The notes: generated from the letters alone by a model not told the origin. A stretch of DNA of 64,000 bases from Dermatophilaceae bacterium (GCA_035633615.1 DASQEP010000075.1:1-64000), one strand, 5' to 3'; counted from the first letter of the stretch, positions 1-16,144 are shown. Program-made: numbers and translations.

Positions 1-300
1 TCCACAAAAAACAAACCCTCAACAGAGAGCCAAACCCCAACAAAACCACCCCAACCAACAGGGCAGCCAAAAAAACAAACAAACATGGCATCAATCAAAA
101 CACGCTGTTGAGATCTCAAGAATCAGACACACACGACGACCCCTGTGGTCAGGTGCCGCCGAGGCTACGGTTCTGTTGAAGCACACGCTCCGTAACCGAA
201 CCGACCTTTCAGTGTAGCAGACCCCATCCCGCCGAACGACCAGCGTGACTGGGTTGGCCAGCGCCACTCCTTGACCACCTCGGCAGGCGGACGGCGGGCG
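1..300 (-). promoter_or_regulatory. 5' leader of an rRNA operon (pre-16S); the 16S rRNA gene is expected immediately beyond window position 1 on the minus strand
   Basis: Minus-strand sequence reads ...CTTGAGATCTCAACAGCGTGTTTTG...GGGTTTGGCTCTCTGTTGAGGGTTTGTTTTTTGTGGA and then leaves the window. This closely resembles the mycobacterial/actinomycete pre-16S leader (TTGAGAACTCAATAGTGTGTTTGG ... TTTGGCTCCC...GGGTTTTGTTTGGAGAGTTTGATCC). A/C-rich, low GC and no credible ORF; the overlapping track ORFs are RGP-rich antisense artefacts. Confidence 0.6.
95..119 (-). promoter_or_regulatory. BoxA/CL2-like antitermination element of rRNA leader
   Basis: Plus-strand caaaacacgctgttgagatctcaag is the reverse complement of CTTGAGATCTCAACAGCGTGTTTTG, which matches the conserved actinobacterial leader motif TTGAGAnCTCAAnAGnGTGTTT. 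Confidence 0.45.
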
Positions 301-305
301 GGGAC

Positions 306-339
306 ACGACCTTGACAGAGATTAGGCAGTCTGCGGCCG
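306..339 (-). promoter_or_regulatory. Candidate sigma-A type rRNA promoter (-35 TTGTCT, 17-nt spacer, -10 TAATCT on minus strand)
   Basis: Minus strand reads TTGTCTGTCGGCCGCAGACTGCCTAATCT upstream of the leader. Hexamers read by eye only. Confidence 0.2.
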
Positions 340-440
340 ACAGACAAATCAGCTGGTCAAGAGGCTGCCTGGGTGGCGGCGCAGGCGTGGGTTGGGTGGG
401 GGGGTTGCAGCGGGACCCCGCGTTCCGGCCGGGCCGCCGG

Positions 441-1700
441 TCAGCTCAAGCGTGCTGCCGCGAGCGCCTTGCGGCCGCGCTTCAGGATCGCCACCTGACC
501 ATGCAGGAAGTCCGTCGGCGCAAGGGCCGCCCCCGGGTCGCGCACCTTCACGTTGTTCACTGAGACCCCCCCGTCGGCCAGCACCCGCCGAGCCGCATTG
601 CGGGACTCCGCCAACCTCGTGGCCACCAGCGCGTCGACCAGGGCCGCGCCGGCGGTGACCACGCCGCCGGGCAGTTCGGCGGTGGCATCGCGCAGCGTCG
701 CGGGGTCGAGGGCCCGCAGGTCCCCCGACCCGAACAGGGCTTCAGCAGCGGCTTGGGCGGCGTGCGCGGCGGACGGCCCGTGCACGAGGGCGGTGACGTC
801 GGCGGCGAGCATCCGTTGCCCCGCACGCCGGAACGGTTCGGTGGCCACCCGCTGCTCGATGTCGGCGATCTGCTCGCGGGACCGGTCGGTGAAGGTCTTT
901 AGCAGGCCGACCACGCTTGCGTCCTCGATATTGAGCCAGTACTGGTAGAACGCGTACGGGCTGGTCATCGCCGCCGACAACCAGATGGCGTTACCCTCGC
1001 TCTTGCCCAGCTTTTCACCACCGGCGTCGGTCAGCAGTGGGGTCGTCAGGACGTGCACCGAGACCCCCTCGACCCGGTGAATCAGATCCACGCCGGCGGT
1101 GAGGTTGCCCCATTGGTCCAAGCCGCCGGTTTGCAGGGTGCACCCGAACGCGCGGTACAGGTGAAGGAAGTCCAGGGCCTGCAGCAACTGATAGCTGAAC
1201 TCCGTGTAGCTGATCCCCTCCTCGCTGGCCAGACGGGCCGCGACGGCGTCCTTTTTGATCATCTGATTGACCCGGAAGTGTTTACCGACGTCCCGCAGGA
1301 AGTCCAGCGCCGACAGCCCCTGCGTCCACTCCAGGTTGTCGACCAGCAGCGCGGGATTGTCGCCGTCGAAGTCAAGGAACGGGCGTACCTGACGCCTGAT
1401 GCCAACGACCCACTCGGCAGTCTGTTCTTTGGTCTTCAGCACGCGTTCCGCCGACGGTCGGGGGTCTCCGATCAGCCCCGTGGAGCCCCCGACCAGGCAG
1501 ATCACGCGGTGCCCGGCACGCTGGAGCCGGCGCAACAACACCAGTTGGACGAGATTGCCGAAGTGCAGGCTGGGAGCCGTCGGGTCGAATCCGCAGTAAC
1601 CGGTGACCTGTCCTGATGAGAATGCCGCCCTGAGTGCCGACTCGTCGGTGGTCTGGGCGACCAGCCCACGCCAACGCAGGTCGTCAAGGATGTGCTCCAC
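441..1700 (-). CDS. tyrS: Tyrosine--tRNA ligase
   Basis: 419-aa ORF with HIGH-type motif (LHFGN) and KMSKS-type motif (KLGKSEGNA), and a C-terminal S4-like domain. Confidence 0.95.
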   Translation of the reverse strand: MEHILDDLRWRGLVAQTTDESALRAAFSSGQVTGYCGFDPTAPSLHFGNLVQLVLLRRLQRAGHRVICLVGGSTGLIGDPRPSAERVLKTKEQTAEWVVGIRRQVRPFLDFDGDNPALLVDNLEWTQGLSALDFLRDVGKHFRVNQMIKKDAVAARLASEEGISYTEFSYQLLQALDFLHLYRAFGCTLQTGGLDQWGNLTAGVDLIHRVEGVSVHVLTTPLLTDAGGEKLGKSEGNAIWLSAAMTSPYAFYQYWLNIEDASVVGLLKTFTDRSREQIADIEQRVATEPFRRAGQRMLAADVTALVHGPSAAHAAQAAAEALFGSGDLRALDPATLRDATAELPGGVVTAGAALVDALVATRLAESRNAARRVLADGGVSVNNVKVRDPGAALAPTDFLHGQVAILKRGRKALAAARLS

Positions 1701-1756
1701 TTTCCACTCCCGTTCCCGGCCGGTAGGTCCGCGTGCCGGCCAATCCTTCCCTCACC

Positions 1757-1794
1757 GGCACGGCACGGCACGGCACGGCACGGCACGGCACGGC
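1757..1794. repeat. Pentanucleotide microsatellite (GGCAC)x7 in tyrS upstream / mpg downstream intergenic region
   Basis: ggcacggcacggcacggcacggcacggcacggcacggc read directly from the sequence; approximately 60 nt upstream of the tyrS start. Confidence 0.9.
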
Positions 1795-1823
1795 TAAGCC
1801 TGCCGCATCCGCGGTAACCGCCG

Positions 1824-4504
<2,681 letters not shown>

Positions 4505-4508
<4 letters not shown>

Positions 4509-5467
4509 CGGTGCCCCCCACCGGGGCGGATGCCCGACGCCGCGAGCAGGAAGGCCATCAACGCCTTCTGTGCGTGCAGCCGGTTCTCCGCCTCGTCCCA
4601 GACCACCGACGCGGGACCGTCGAGCACCTCCGCGGTCACCTCGTAGCCCCGGTAGGCGGGCAGGCAGTGCAGGAACACTGCGCCGGGCGCCGTCCGCGCC
4701 ATGACCGCCTCGTCGACCCGGAGGGTGGCGAACGGGTTGGACCGGCCCATCCGGTCGTCCTTGGCCTGCTCCATGCCCATCGACACCCATGTGTCCGTCG
4801 CGATCGCGTCCGCGCCGTCGGCGGCTGCGTGCGGGTCCGTGCCGACGGTGACCGACCCCCCGGTCGCCTCGGCCAGGTGCCGGGCACGGTGCAGCACGGC
4901 AGGGTCGGGATGGTGGTCGGCGGGGCCGGCGAGCCGCACGTGCAGCCCGGCGACGGCGCCCCCCAGAGCGTACGACTGTGCCATATTGTTGGCACAATCA
5001 CCGAGGTAGGCGAGGGTGAGGCCAGGTAGCTGCCCGTGGTGTTCGCGCAGGGTGAGCAGGTCGGCCAGGATCTGGCAGGGATGGAACTCGTCGGTCAATC
5101 CGTTGATCACCGGGACCGTGGCGACTGAAGTCAGCTCCTCGATGCGGGCCTGGCCGAAGGTCCGCCAGACCACGAGGTCGACCTGACGCTGCAGCACCCG
5201 CATCGTGTCGCCGATCCCCTCGCCGCGGCCGAGCTGGCTTCCGTCGGGGTCGAGCACGAGCGGGTAGCCGCCCAGCTGCCACACACCGATCGAGAAGGAC
5301 ACCCTGGTCCGGGTCGACGGCTTGTCGAACAGGATCGCCGCGGCGCCCCCCGCCAGCGGGCGGTGGCCCAGCGGGTCGGCCTTCATGTCCAGGGCCAGGT
5401 CCAAGATCTCGGCCTGCTCAGCGGTGGTCAGGTCGTCGTCGCGCAGGAAATGCCGGACCCCGCTCAC
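4505..5467 (-). CDS. argF: Ornithine carbamoyltransferase
   Basis: STRTR and HCLPA motifs present. GTG start ([13 protein letters not shown]) overlaps the argD stop as GTGA. Confidence 0.9.
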
Positions 5468-6747
5468 GAGGTCACCTCCACGCGGTCCAGCAGGTGTGGC
5501 AACACGGTGACAAAGTCCTCGATCTGGGCGGTGGTGATGATCAGCGGTGGGGCCACCCGTATCGTCGTCGGGTTGGGCGCATTGACCAGGAAGCCAGCCT
5601 CCAGCGCCTGCGCTGCCACGGCCGGCGCCACCGGCTCGCGCAGCGCCAGGGCGCGCAGTAAGCCCGACCCACGCACCGGCCCCAGCAGTGGGTGCCCGAC
5701 CCCGGCCACCGCCTCCGCCAGGCGTTCCCCGACCTGCCGGACGTGGGCGAGCAGACCCTCGGATTCGATCGTCTCCAGCACGGCCAGGCCGGCTGCACAT
5801 GCCAGCGGGTTGCCGCCGAAGGTGGACCCGTGCTGACCCGCGGTGAGCAGGCTGGTCACCTCGGCGCCGAAGGTCAGCATGGCGCCGATCGGAACACCGC
5901 CGGCCAGCCCTTTGGCCAGGGTGACGACGTCAGGTTCGATCCCGGCCTGCTGGAAGGCGAACCAGCTTCCGCTGCGTCCGACCCCGGTTTGGATCTCATC
6001 GACGACCAGCAGCGCGCCGTGCGCTCGGGTCAGCTCGCGGACTGAGCGAAGGTAACCGGGGTCGGCCGGGACGACACCCGCCTCTCCCTGGATGGGTTCC
6101 AGGACCAACGCTGCGATTCCGTCCGGGTCGGCCGCGAAGACCTCTTTGACGGCGGTGTCGTCGTTGTATGGCACGTGTGTCACACCGGGCAGGAGTGGGT
6201 CGAACGGCTGCCGGTAGTCAGGTTTCCAGGTCAGGGCCAGCGCCCCGGTGGAGCGGCCGTGGAAGCTGCCCTCAGCGGCGAGGATCCGGCGCCGCCCGGT
6301 CCGGCGAGTCAGCTTGATCGCGGCCTCGACGGCCTCGGTGCCGGAGTTGCCGAAGAAGACCGCCGACCCGGCAGGGGCGCCGGCCAGGGCGAGCAGCCGC
6401 TCGGCGAGTTCGATCTGCGGGACGGAGGTGTAGAAGTTCGATACATGGACCAGCCGGGACGCCTGCTCGCAGATCGCCGAGACGAGCCGAGGATGGTTGT
6501 GTCCCAGCGCGCTGACCGCCAGCCCGGCCATCAGGTCGAGGTAGCGACGCCCGTCGGCGTCGTAGACGTAGCACCCCGACCCGTGCGTCAGCACTCGTTG
6601 CGGGCGGCCGAACACGCCGAGCAGTGACCTGCCGTACCGATCCAGCAACCGGCTGCCCAGCGGGTCAAGGGGCGGGGTGGCAGGCGGGTCACCGGACCGG
6701 GTGCCAGGCGAGCCGCCGGGCGCCGGGAGGGGTGTCGCCGGGCTCAT
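5464..6747 (-). CDS. argD: Acetylornithine aminotransferase
   Basis: Class-III aminotransferase ([11 protein letters not shown]; [10 protein letters not shown]). ATG start overlaps the argB stop as ATGA. Confidence 0.9.
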   Translation of the reverse strand: MSPATPLPAPGGSPGTRSGDPPATPPLDPLGSRLLDRYGRSLLGVFGRPQRVLTHGSGCYVYDADGRRYLDLMAGLAVSALGHNHPRLVSAICEQASRLVHVSNFYTSVPQIELAERLLALAGAPAGSAVFFGNSGTEAVEAAIKLTRRTGRRRILAAEGSFHGRSTGALALTWKPDYRQPFDPLLPGVTHVPYNDDTAVKEVFAADPDGIAALVLEPIQGEAGVVPADPGYLRSVRELTRAHGALLVVDEIQTGVGRSGSWFAFQQAGIEPDVVTLAKGLAGGVPIGAMLTFGAEVTSLLTAGQHGSTFGGNPLACAAGLAVLETIESEGLLAHVRQVGERLAEAVAGVGHPLLGPVRGSGLLRALALREPVAPAVAAQALEAGFLVNAPNPTTIRVAPPLIITTAQIEDFVTVLPHLLDRVEVTS

Positions 6748-7745
6748 TCCGGTTGCTCCGAGTCGGTATCGGTGTTCGCCCCGGGTACCACCATGGTGCC
6801 GATCCCCTCGTTGGTAAAGACCTCCAGAAGCAGGGAGTGCGCGGTCCGCCCGTCCACGACGTGCGCCTGCGTCACGCCACCGCGGACGGCGCGCACGCAC
6901 GCCTCCAGCTTGGGCACCATGCCGGCATCGACGCTGCTCGACAGGGTCTCGGCCTCGGCCACGTCGATCTCGGTCAGCAGGGAGTCGCGGTCCGGCCAGT
7001 TCGCGTAGACCCCCTCCACGTCGGTCAGCACGACGAGTTTGACCGCCTGCAGCGCCACTGCCAGGGCCGACGCAGCAGTGTCGGCGTTGACGTTGAGCAC
7101 CTGGCCGTCGCTGTCGAGGTCCCGGGCGATGGTCGAGACGACCGGGATGCGCCCAGCGTCCACGATGTCGTGTACCGCGGACGGCTCGACGGTCACCACG
7201 TCCCCGACCAGGCCGAGGTCGACCGGTTTCCCGTCGAGGATCGTGCCCCGGCGGCGCGCCCCGAACAGGTGCGCGTCCTCGCCGGACAGCCCGACGGCCA
7301 GGGGCCCATGCTGGTTGAGCAGCCCGACCAGCTCCCGGCCGACCTGCCCGACCAGCACCATCCGCACGACGTCCATGATCTCGGGGGTGGTGACCCGAAG
7401 GCCGCCGCGGAACTCGCTGGTCAGACCCAGGCGGGACAGCATGGTGCCGATCTGGGGGCCGCCACCGTGCACGACCACGGGCCGTAACCCGGCGTACCGC
7501 AGGAAGGCGACATCCTGGGCGAAGGCATGCTTGAGCTCGTCGTCGACCATGGCGTTCCCGCCGTACTTGACGACGACCAGAGCCCCGCGGAACCGTTCCA
7601 GCCAGGGCAGCGCCTCGACGAGGATTTGTGCCTTCGTCGCGGCGGTGGCCAGGCTGGTCTGGTCGCGCAGGGTGCGCAGGTGCCGCCCCATCGCCCGATG
7701 ACGCTGGTCCTCGCCGGCCAGGCCGGTGCCGGGTGTCATGGTCAT
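6744..7745 (-). CDS. argB: Acetylglutamate kinase
   Basis: VVKYGGNAM motif present. The ATG chosen overlaps the argJ stop (ATGA). The 470-aa track ORF is an over-extension. Confidence 0.9.
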   Translation of the reverse strand: MTMTPGTGLAGEDQRHRAMGRHLRTLRDQTSLATAATKAQILVEALPWLERFRGALVVVKYGGNAMVDDELKHAFAQDVAFLRYAGLRPVVVHGGGPQIGTMLSRLGLTSEFRGGLRVTTPEIMDVVRMVLVGQVGRELVGLLNQHGPLAVGLSGEDAHLFGARRRGTILDGKPVDLGLVGDVVTVEPSAVHDIVDAGRIPVVSTIARDLDSDGQVLNVNADTAASALAVALQAVKLVVLTDVEGVYANWPDRDSLLTEIDVAEAETLSSSVDAGMVPKLEACVRAVRGGVTQAHVVDGRTAHSLLLEVFTNEGIGTMVVPGANTDTDSEQPE

Positions 7746-8889
7746 GTGCTGTAGGCCGAGTTCTCGTGGACGTAGTCCGTGGTCAGATCGTTGGTCCAGA
7801 TGGTCGCGGTGTGCTGCCCGGCGTTCAGTCCGATCTCGACGCGGACGTGCCGGGCGGTCAGGTCGACCAGGCCGCGGTCCCGACCGATGCCGCTGTTGCG
7901 GCAGACGGCCACCCCGTTCATCGTCACGTCCAGCCGGGCCGGGTCGAACGCCGCGCCGGTGGTGCCGACAGCCGCCAGGACCCGTCCCCAGTTGGGGTCG
8001 TTGCCGTAGACGGCGCACTTGAACAGGGCGCTGCGGGCCACGGCCCGGCCGACCTCGCAGGCGTCGGCCACGCTGGCGGCTCGGCTCACGACGATCTCGA
8101 TGTCGTGGCTTGCGCCCTCCGCGTCGGTGAGGAGTTGGCGGGCCAGATCCGCGCACAGCATGGTCAGGCCTTGACTGAGGGCCTCGGCGGGGACCGGCAC
8201 GCCGCAGGCCCCCGAAGCCAGCGCGACGACGGTGTCATTGGTCGACATGCAACCGTCGGAGTCGATCCGGTCGAAGGTCACGGCGCAGGCGGACCGCAAG
8301 GCCTCGGCCAGGGTGGCCGCGTCGGTGCGGGCGTCGGTGGTGATCACCACGAGCATCGTGGCCAGGCCGGGGGCCAGCATGCCGGCGCCCTTGGCCATCC
8401 CACCGACCGACCAGCCAGGGCCGTCCCATCGGGCCTGCTTCGGCAGTGTGTCGGTGGTCATGATCGCGTGGGCCGCGTCCGTGCCCCCGTCCCTCGACAG
8501 CGCCGCGGACAGCGGCCCGAGCCCGGCCAGCAGCACCGGCATCGGCAGGCGCTGACCGATCAGCCCGGTCGAACAGACCAGCACGTCGCCAGCCGAGCAG
8601 CCCAACACGTCGGCGACGCCCTCAGCGGTGCGGTGGGTGTCAGCGAAACCCTCCGGTCCGGTGCAGGCGTTGGCGCCACCGGAGTTGAGCACGACGGCGT
8701 CGACCCGCCCATCGCCGACCACCCGTCGGCTCCAGGTCACCGGGGCCGCCTCGACCCGGTTGCTGGTGAACACCGCCGCCGCGTGCCGGTCCGGGCCGTC
8801 GTTGACCACCAACGCCAGATCCCGCCCCCCGGCGGACTTCAGCCCGGCCACGATCCCGGCGGCCCGGAAGCCAGCCGGGGCGGTGACAC

Positions 8890-8893
<4 letters not shown>
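7742..8893 (-). CDS. argJ: Bifunctional glutamate N-acetyltransferase / amino-acid acetyltransferase
   Basis: 383-aa ORF with ArgJ family similarity along its whole length (ATML...T autoproteolysis region). ATG overlaps the stop of the upstream small ORF (ATGA). Confidence 0.9.
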
Positions 8894-11179
<2,286 letters not shown>

Positions 11180-11190
<11 letters not shown>

Positions 11191-13834
11191 GCTGGAGCGC
11201 GCCAGTCGCGTCCGCGGCCACCGCGATGGCGGCGTCCCGGAACGCGCTGACCTCTTCGGTCGTCAGCGTCCGGTCGCCGCGTAGGGCCAGCCGGTAGGCC
11301 AGCGACTTCTTCCCGGGACCGACCTGTTCGCCGCGGTAGACGTCGAACAGGGTGACCGCCTCCAACAGCGGTCCGGCTCCCTCGACCAAAGCGTCGCGGA
11401 CCCGTTGCGCCGGCACCGACTCCGGTACGAGGAGTGCCACGTCGCTGAGCGCCACCGGAAAGGTCGAGACCGGTCGCGCCTGCACCGGTGAGCCGAACGC
11501 CGCGACCAGAGCCTCGACGTCGAGCTCCCCGGCGCACGTGCCCGACGGGAGGTCGAGTGCGGCGGCCACCTTGGGGTGCAGCTGACCGGCATACCCGACG
11601 GTGACCGCACCACCCGCCGACCCGTCGCCTCCGGCACCGTCGTGACGACCGAGAATCTCGGGGCCGGTCACAGTGGGGAAGGCCACCTCGAGGCGGGCGC
11701 ACCGCCCGGGATGGTAGGGGGCCACCTGGTCGGCGACGGCCCGTAAGGGTACCCGCAGCGCTTGCCCCAGGCGCAGGGCAAGACCGATCACGTCCTCGGA
11801 CCGAACCGCTCGGCCCGGTCCCCAGGGGCCGGCCGGCTGTGCGTCGCCGGATGCCGCGAAGGCGACGTGGCGGGGCTGGTCCGGCACCGCCGCACGGATT
11901 CTGCCCAGCACCTCCTCGTCCGGCCGGACCTCGATGCCGGGCACCGGGGCCACCCTCAGCCCGTCGGGGCCGAGAAGGGTGACCAGGCCGATCTCGTAAA
12001 GCGCGGCGTCCCGGGCCCCCCGGTTGTGGTTGAGGCGCAGCGTGTCCAGCAGGGTGGCCAGCACGCTGGTCCGCAGCAGTGGGGCCTCGTCGGAAAGCGG
12101 GTTGGCCAGCCGCACTGCGGCCCGGCGGGGGTCCTCGCCCGGGTAACCCAGGGCATCGTGGCGCTCCGGTCCGACGAACGGGTAGGAGAGCACCTCGACC
12201 AGCCCCTGCTGGGCCAGCGTCGTCGCGATCAGACGGGTGACCCGCTGCCGCTCGGTCAGCCCACGCCCGCCCGGCGCCGTCGGCAGCACGGACGGGATGT
12301 GTTCGTAGCCGCGGACCCGGGCGACCTCCTCCACCAGGTCCGGGCCGTTGGCCAGGTCCGGTCGCCAGGGTGGGGTTGCCACCTCGACCACCCCAGGTTC
12401 ACCGGGCACGTCGCGCACCGCGCAGCCGAGATCCTGCAGGCAGCTCAGCACGGCCCGGTGACCCAGCCCCTCCGGGGGGCTCTCGCCGGGACCGGCCGGT
12501 TGCACCAGCGACCAGGCCAACCCGGTGCGAAACCGGAACGGCTCGCGGGGCACCCGAAGGTCCGCGTCGGTCACTCCCGGGTCGGCGGCGCCGCCGCCGT
12601 ACTCCACGAGCATCCGCACGGCCAGCTCGGCGACCCGGTCGGCGATGTCCGGGTCCACACCGCGCTCGAACCGCTTGCTGGCCTCGGAGCTGAGCCGGTG
12701 CCGGCGGGAGGAGCGGGCCACCGTGGTGGGGTCGAAGTGCGCGGCCTCGATCAGCACGTTCCGGGTCTGCGGGGACACCTCACTGGTGGCGCCGCCCATT
12801 ACCCCGGCGATCGCCAGCAGCTGGCTGCCGCCGTCGGTGATCATCAGGTCCTCGGGGTCCAGCGGCCGGGCGACGTCGTCGAGGGTGGTCAGCACCTCCC
12901 CCGCCCGGGCCCGACGGACCACGATCGACCCGGACAGGGTGTCCAGGTCGAAGGCGTGCAGCGGCTGACCGGTGAGCAGCATGAGGTAGTTGGTGACGTC
13001 GACGGCCAGCGAGATGGGCCGCATCCCCATCTGGGTCAGCCGGCGGCTCATCCAGGGTGGTGAGGGGGCGTTGACGTCGACCTGCCGGACGATGCGGGCA
13101 ACGTACCGGTCGCAGCCGACGTGACCGCGGATGGGGGCGCCGTCCTCCAGCCCGACCCGGTATCCAGTGTCGTTCGGGGCGGGGACAGCCACCTCCACGG
13201 GGTCGGCGAACTGCGCGGGCCGGCCGACGGACAACGCGTACTCCCGGGCGATGCCGCGCAGGCTGAAGCAGTAGCCCCGGTCCGGGGTGACGTTGACCTC
13301 GATGACCTGCTCACCCAGTCCGAGCGGGGCCATCGCATCCTGACCCGGGGTCAGGCCGGCCAGCACCTCAGGCTGCCCGGCGAAGTACTCGGTGAGCACG
13401 ATGATGCCGCTGTGGTCCTCACCCAGGCCCAGTTCCCGCTCCGAGCAGATCATTCCGTGGCTCATCCGGCCGTATGTCTTGCGCGCGGTGATCTCGTGCC
13501 CGCCCGGCAGCATCGCTCCCGGCAACACCACGACGACGAGATCACCGGCCGTGAAGTTGTCTGCCCCGCAGACGATCTCCTGCCAGATCCGGTCGGTGAC
13601 CCGCTGCCCGTGGGCACCGACGTCGACGTGGCAGAAGGTGATCGTCTTGCCGTTCTTCTGCACCTGCCGGTCCAGATCGACAACGCGTCCGACGACGATG
13701 GGGCCGGCGATGTCGCCGCCGCTCAGGCCCTCCTCCTCCAAGCCGACCCGGACCAGGTCGCCGGCCACCTCGGCGCCGGTGGCGTGCTCGGGCACCGGGG
13801 CCAGTTCGCGCAGCCAGCTCAGGGGCGCGTGCAT
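11180..13834 (-). CDS. pheT: Phenylalanine--tRNA ligase beta subunit
   Basis: True start is MHAPLSWLRELAPV.., one nucleotide overlapping the pheS stop. B3/4, B5 and FDX-ACB domains recognisable. The 958-aa track ORF is over-extended. Confidence 0.93.
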
Positions 13835-14928
13835 CAGATCTCCATCCCGAACTGCGTGCTGAACCGGACGTCGCCCTCGACGATGTCGCGCATGTCGGCG
13901 ATGCCGTGCCGGAGCATGAGCGAGCGCTCCAGGCCCATCCCGAACGCAAACCCGCTGTAGCGCTCGGGGTCCACCCCAGCGGCGACAAGGACATTGCGGT
14001 TGACCATCCCGCATCCGCCCCATTCGATCCAGCCGGTGCCGCGGCAGATCCGGCACCCGGCGTCCGAGCCGCGGCAGACGTGGCAGCGGAAGTCCATCTC
14101 GGCGCTGGGCTCGGTGAACGGGAAGTAGGAGGGCCGCAACCGGGTGGTGATACCGTCCCCGAACAGGGCTCGCGCAAGGTGGTCCAGGGTGCCCTTGAGG
14201 TGAGCCATGCTCAAGCCCTCGGCCACCGCCAGACCCTCCACCTGGTGGAACACCGGGGTGTGCGTGGCGTCCAGTTCGTCGGCGCGGAACACCTTGCCGG
14301 GCACCGCGACGTACAGCGGCAGCGGGCGCTCCAGCAGGCTACGGACCTGCACCGGGGAGGTGTGGGCGCGCAGCACCAGCCCGGCCTCGGGCGGATCCAC
14401 GAAGAAGGTGTCCTGCAGCTGCCGGGCCGGGTGGTCCGGGCCCAGGTTGAGGGCGTCGAAGTTGAACCACTCTGCCTCCAGCTCCGGGCCCTCTGCGATC
14501 TCCCAGCCCAACCCGGTGAAGAGGTCCTGGATCCGTTCGGTGATCAGGCTGAGCGGGTGCCGGGCGCCGAGGGTCCGGTACGGGGTGGGCACCGTCACGT
14601 CGATCGTTTCCTCGGCCAGGATGCGGGCGTCCCGTTCGGCCTCCAACTCGGCGGTGCGCTCGGCCAGGGCACCCGAGACTCGACCACGGGCGGCCCCCAC
14701 CCGGCGGCCGGCGTCCGCCTTCTCGGACGCGGGCAGCACTCCGATCTCCCGGTTGGCCAGGGCCAGCGGGCTCTTCTCGCCGACGTGCGCCAGCCGTGCC
14801 GTCTTCAGCTCGTCCAGGCTGTCCGCCTTGGCGAAGGCGGCCAGTGCGGCGGCGACAACGACGTCGAGCGCCTGCGGGGACAGCGCGACGACCTGGATCG
14901 GGTCGTCGTTGGTCTGTGTTCCGGACAT
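13834..14928 (-). CDS. pheS: Phenylalanine--tRNA ligase alpha subunit
   Basis: 364 aa, class-II aaRS core (FRPSYFPFTEPSAE...). Confidence 0.93.
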   Translation of the reverse strand: MSGTQTNDDPIQVVALSPQALDVVVAAALAAFAKADSLDELKTARLAHVGEKSPLALANREIGVLPASEKADAGRRVGAARGRVSGALAERTAELEAERDARILAEETIDVTVPTPYRTLGARHPLSLITERIQDLFTGLGWEIAEGPELEAEWFNFDALNLGPDHPARQLQDTFFVDPPEAGLVLRAHTSPVQVRSLLERPLPLYVAVPGKVFRADELDATHTPVFHQVEGLAVAEGLSMAHLKGTLDHLARALFGDGITTRLRPSYFPFTEPSAEMDFRCHVCRGSDAGCRICRGTGWIEWGGCGMVNRNVLVAAGVDPERYSGFAFGMGLERSLMLRHGIADMRDIVEGDVRFSTQFGMEI

Positions 14929-14968
14929 CGATCCACTTCGCTGCAGGGTGCGCGGGCGGCAGGGGTGC

Positions 14969-16144
14969 CTACCGAGGACCTGCCGATCCTAACGGCCCTG
15001 CCAGCGGCGATGCTGCCGAGTTTCGCGCTGCGGGCGGCTGGTCCGCGACGGCCGGCAGGGTGAACCAGAACCGGGCACCGCCGGGCGTGCCGGGCTCGAC
15101 CCCGACGCTGCCGCCGTGAGCCTGTACCAGCCCCCGGACGAGGTACAGGCCCAACCCGGTGCTCGCCGCCGTGCCCGGGCCTCGGCCGTGCCAGAACTTC
15201 TCGAACACCAGCGAACGGTGCTCCACTGGGACGCCCGCACCCTGGTCACTGACCACGACTCGGACCATCCGGCCGACCTCACCGCCAGTGACGCCGGAGG
15301 CGGGTGGCTCGATGTCCACCCAGACCCGTCCGGCGCCGTGCCGGCCGGCGTTCTCGATGAGGTTGGTCAGGATCTGCTCGAGACGTCGCGGGTCGGCCCA
15401 GACCGGGACCGGGGGGTCCGCGATCGGCGACCACCGGACCCGGTCGGCGTCCAGGCCTGCGTCGACCGCCCGGCGCAACTGCTCGGCGACCACCAGGCCC
15501 AGATCGACCCGGCGGGGGATCACCCGCAGCCGACGGGTGTCGATCCGGGCCACGTCCAGCAACTCCTCGACCAGCCTGGCCAGCCGGGTGGCGTCAGCGT
15601 GCACGGTGGCGACCATGCTGCGCCGGTCCGCGTCGGCGAACCGGTCCCAGCGCCGCAGCAGCACCCCGGAGAAGCCCTTGACGCTGGCCAACGGGGCCCT
15701 CAACTCATGGGCGACGACCGACAACAGCTCCCCGTTGGCGGCCTCCGCACGTGCCCGGGCCCGGTCGTCGCGGACCGAGACGACGACCCGCTCGACCGGC
15801 GCCGACGGAGCAGGTCGCAGGTAGCGCATGGTGACCAGGACATGACCGATCCCAGGCAGGTGCAGCCGCCGCTCGGGATGCCCGGTGCGGATGGTCAGCC
15901 CGCCCCACGGGTCGATGCAGTCCCACCAGGCGGCGCCGCCCTCGTCGGTCAGCGGCAGCACCCGGCGGATCGGTTCACCGACCACCCGCGAGGCGGTACG
16001 GCCGAGGAGCCGGGCGGCCCGCTCGTTGACGTAACTGACAAGGCCATCACCGTCGGCCACGAGCAGCCCGTCCGGCAGCCCATCGAGGATGAGCCGCGCG
16101 GGTGCGTCCTGCGGCGGGGGCACCGGGCCGTTTCTAGCCGCCAT
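14969..16144 (-). CDS. Sensor histidine kinase (PAS + HisKA + HATPase), orphan
   Basis: H-box HELRAPLASVKG; G-box region ...GLGLYLVRGLVQAHGG. Start taken at MAARNGPVPP.. because the longer track ORF overlaps the upstream methyltransferase. No adjacent response regulator. Confidence 0.8.
   Translation of the reverse strand: MAARNGPVPPPQDAPARLILDGLPDGLLVADGDGLVSYVNERAARLLGRTASRVVGEPIRRVLPLTDEGGAAWWDCIDPWGGLTIRTGHPERRLHLPGIGHVLVTMRYLRPAPSAPVERVVVSVRDDRARARAEAANGELLSVVAHELRAPLASVKGFSGVLLRRWDRFADADRRSMVATVHADATRLARLVEELLDVARIDTRRLRVIPRRVDLGLVVAEQLRRAVDAGLDADRVRWSPIADPPVPVWADPRRLEQILTNLIENAGRHGAGRVWVDIEPPASGVTGGEVGRMVRVVVSDQGAGVPVEHRSLVFEKFWHGRGPGTAASTGLGLYLVRGLVQAHGGSVGVEPGTPGGARFWFTLPAVADQPPAARNSAASPLAGPLGSAGPR

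Noticed and set aside
165-658. ORFs 165-347, 312-563 and 392-658 in the region downstream of tyrS
   Set aside because: They lie in the rRNA leader/promoter region and in tyrS antisense. Composition is low-complexity and there is no ribosome-binding site context. The region is better explained as non-coding rRNA leader.
11762-13063. Long plus-strand ORFs antisense to real genes, e.g. 11762-13063 (433 aa), 7628-8905, 16742-18256, 30037-32217, 55165-57534, 20880-22172 minus
   Set aside because: Their composition is Arg/Gly/Pro/Ala-rich (e.g. GRGRRGRP… runs), typical of out-of-frame or antisense translation in >70% GC DNA. Every one overlaps a confidently identified conserved gene (pheT, argJ/argB, infC, ptrB, ftsI, katA) on the opposite strand and none shows any recognisable motif.
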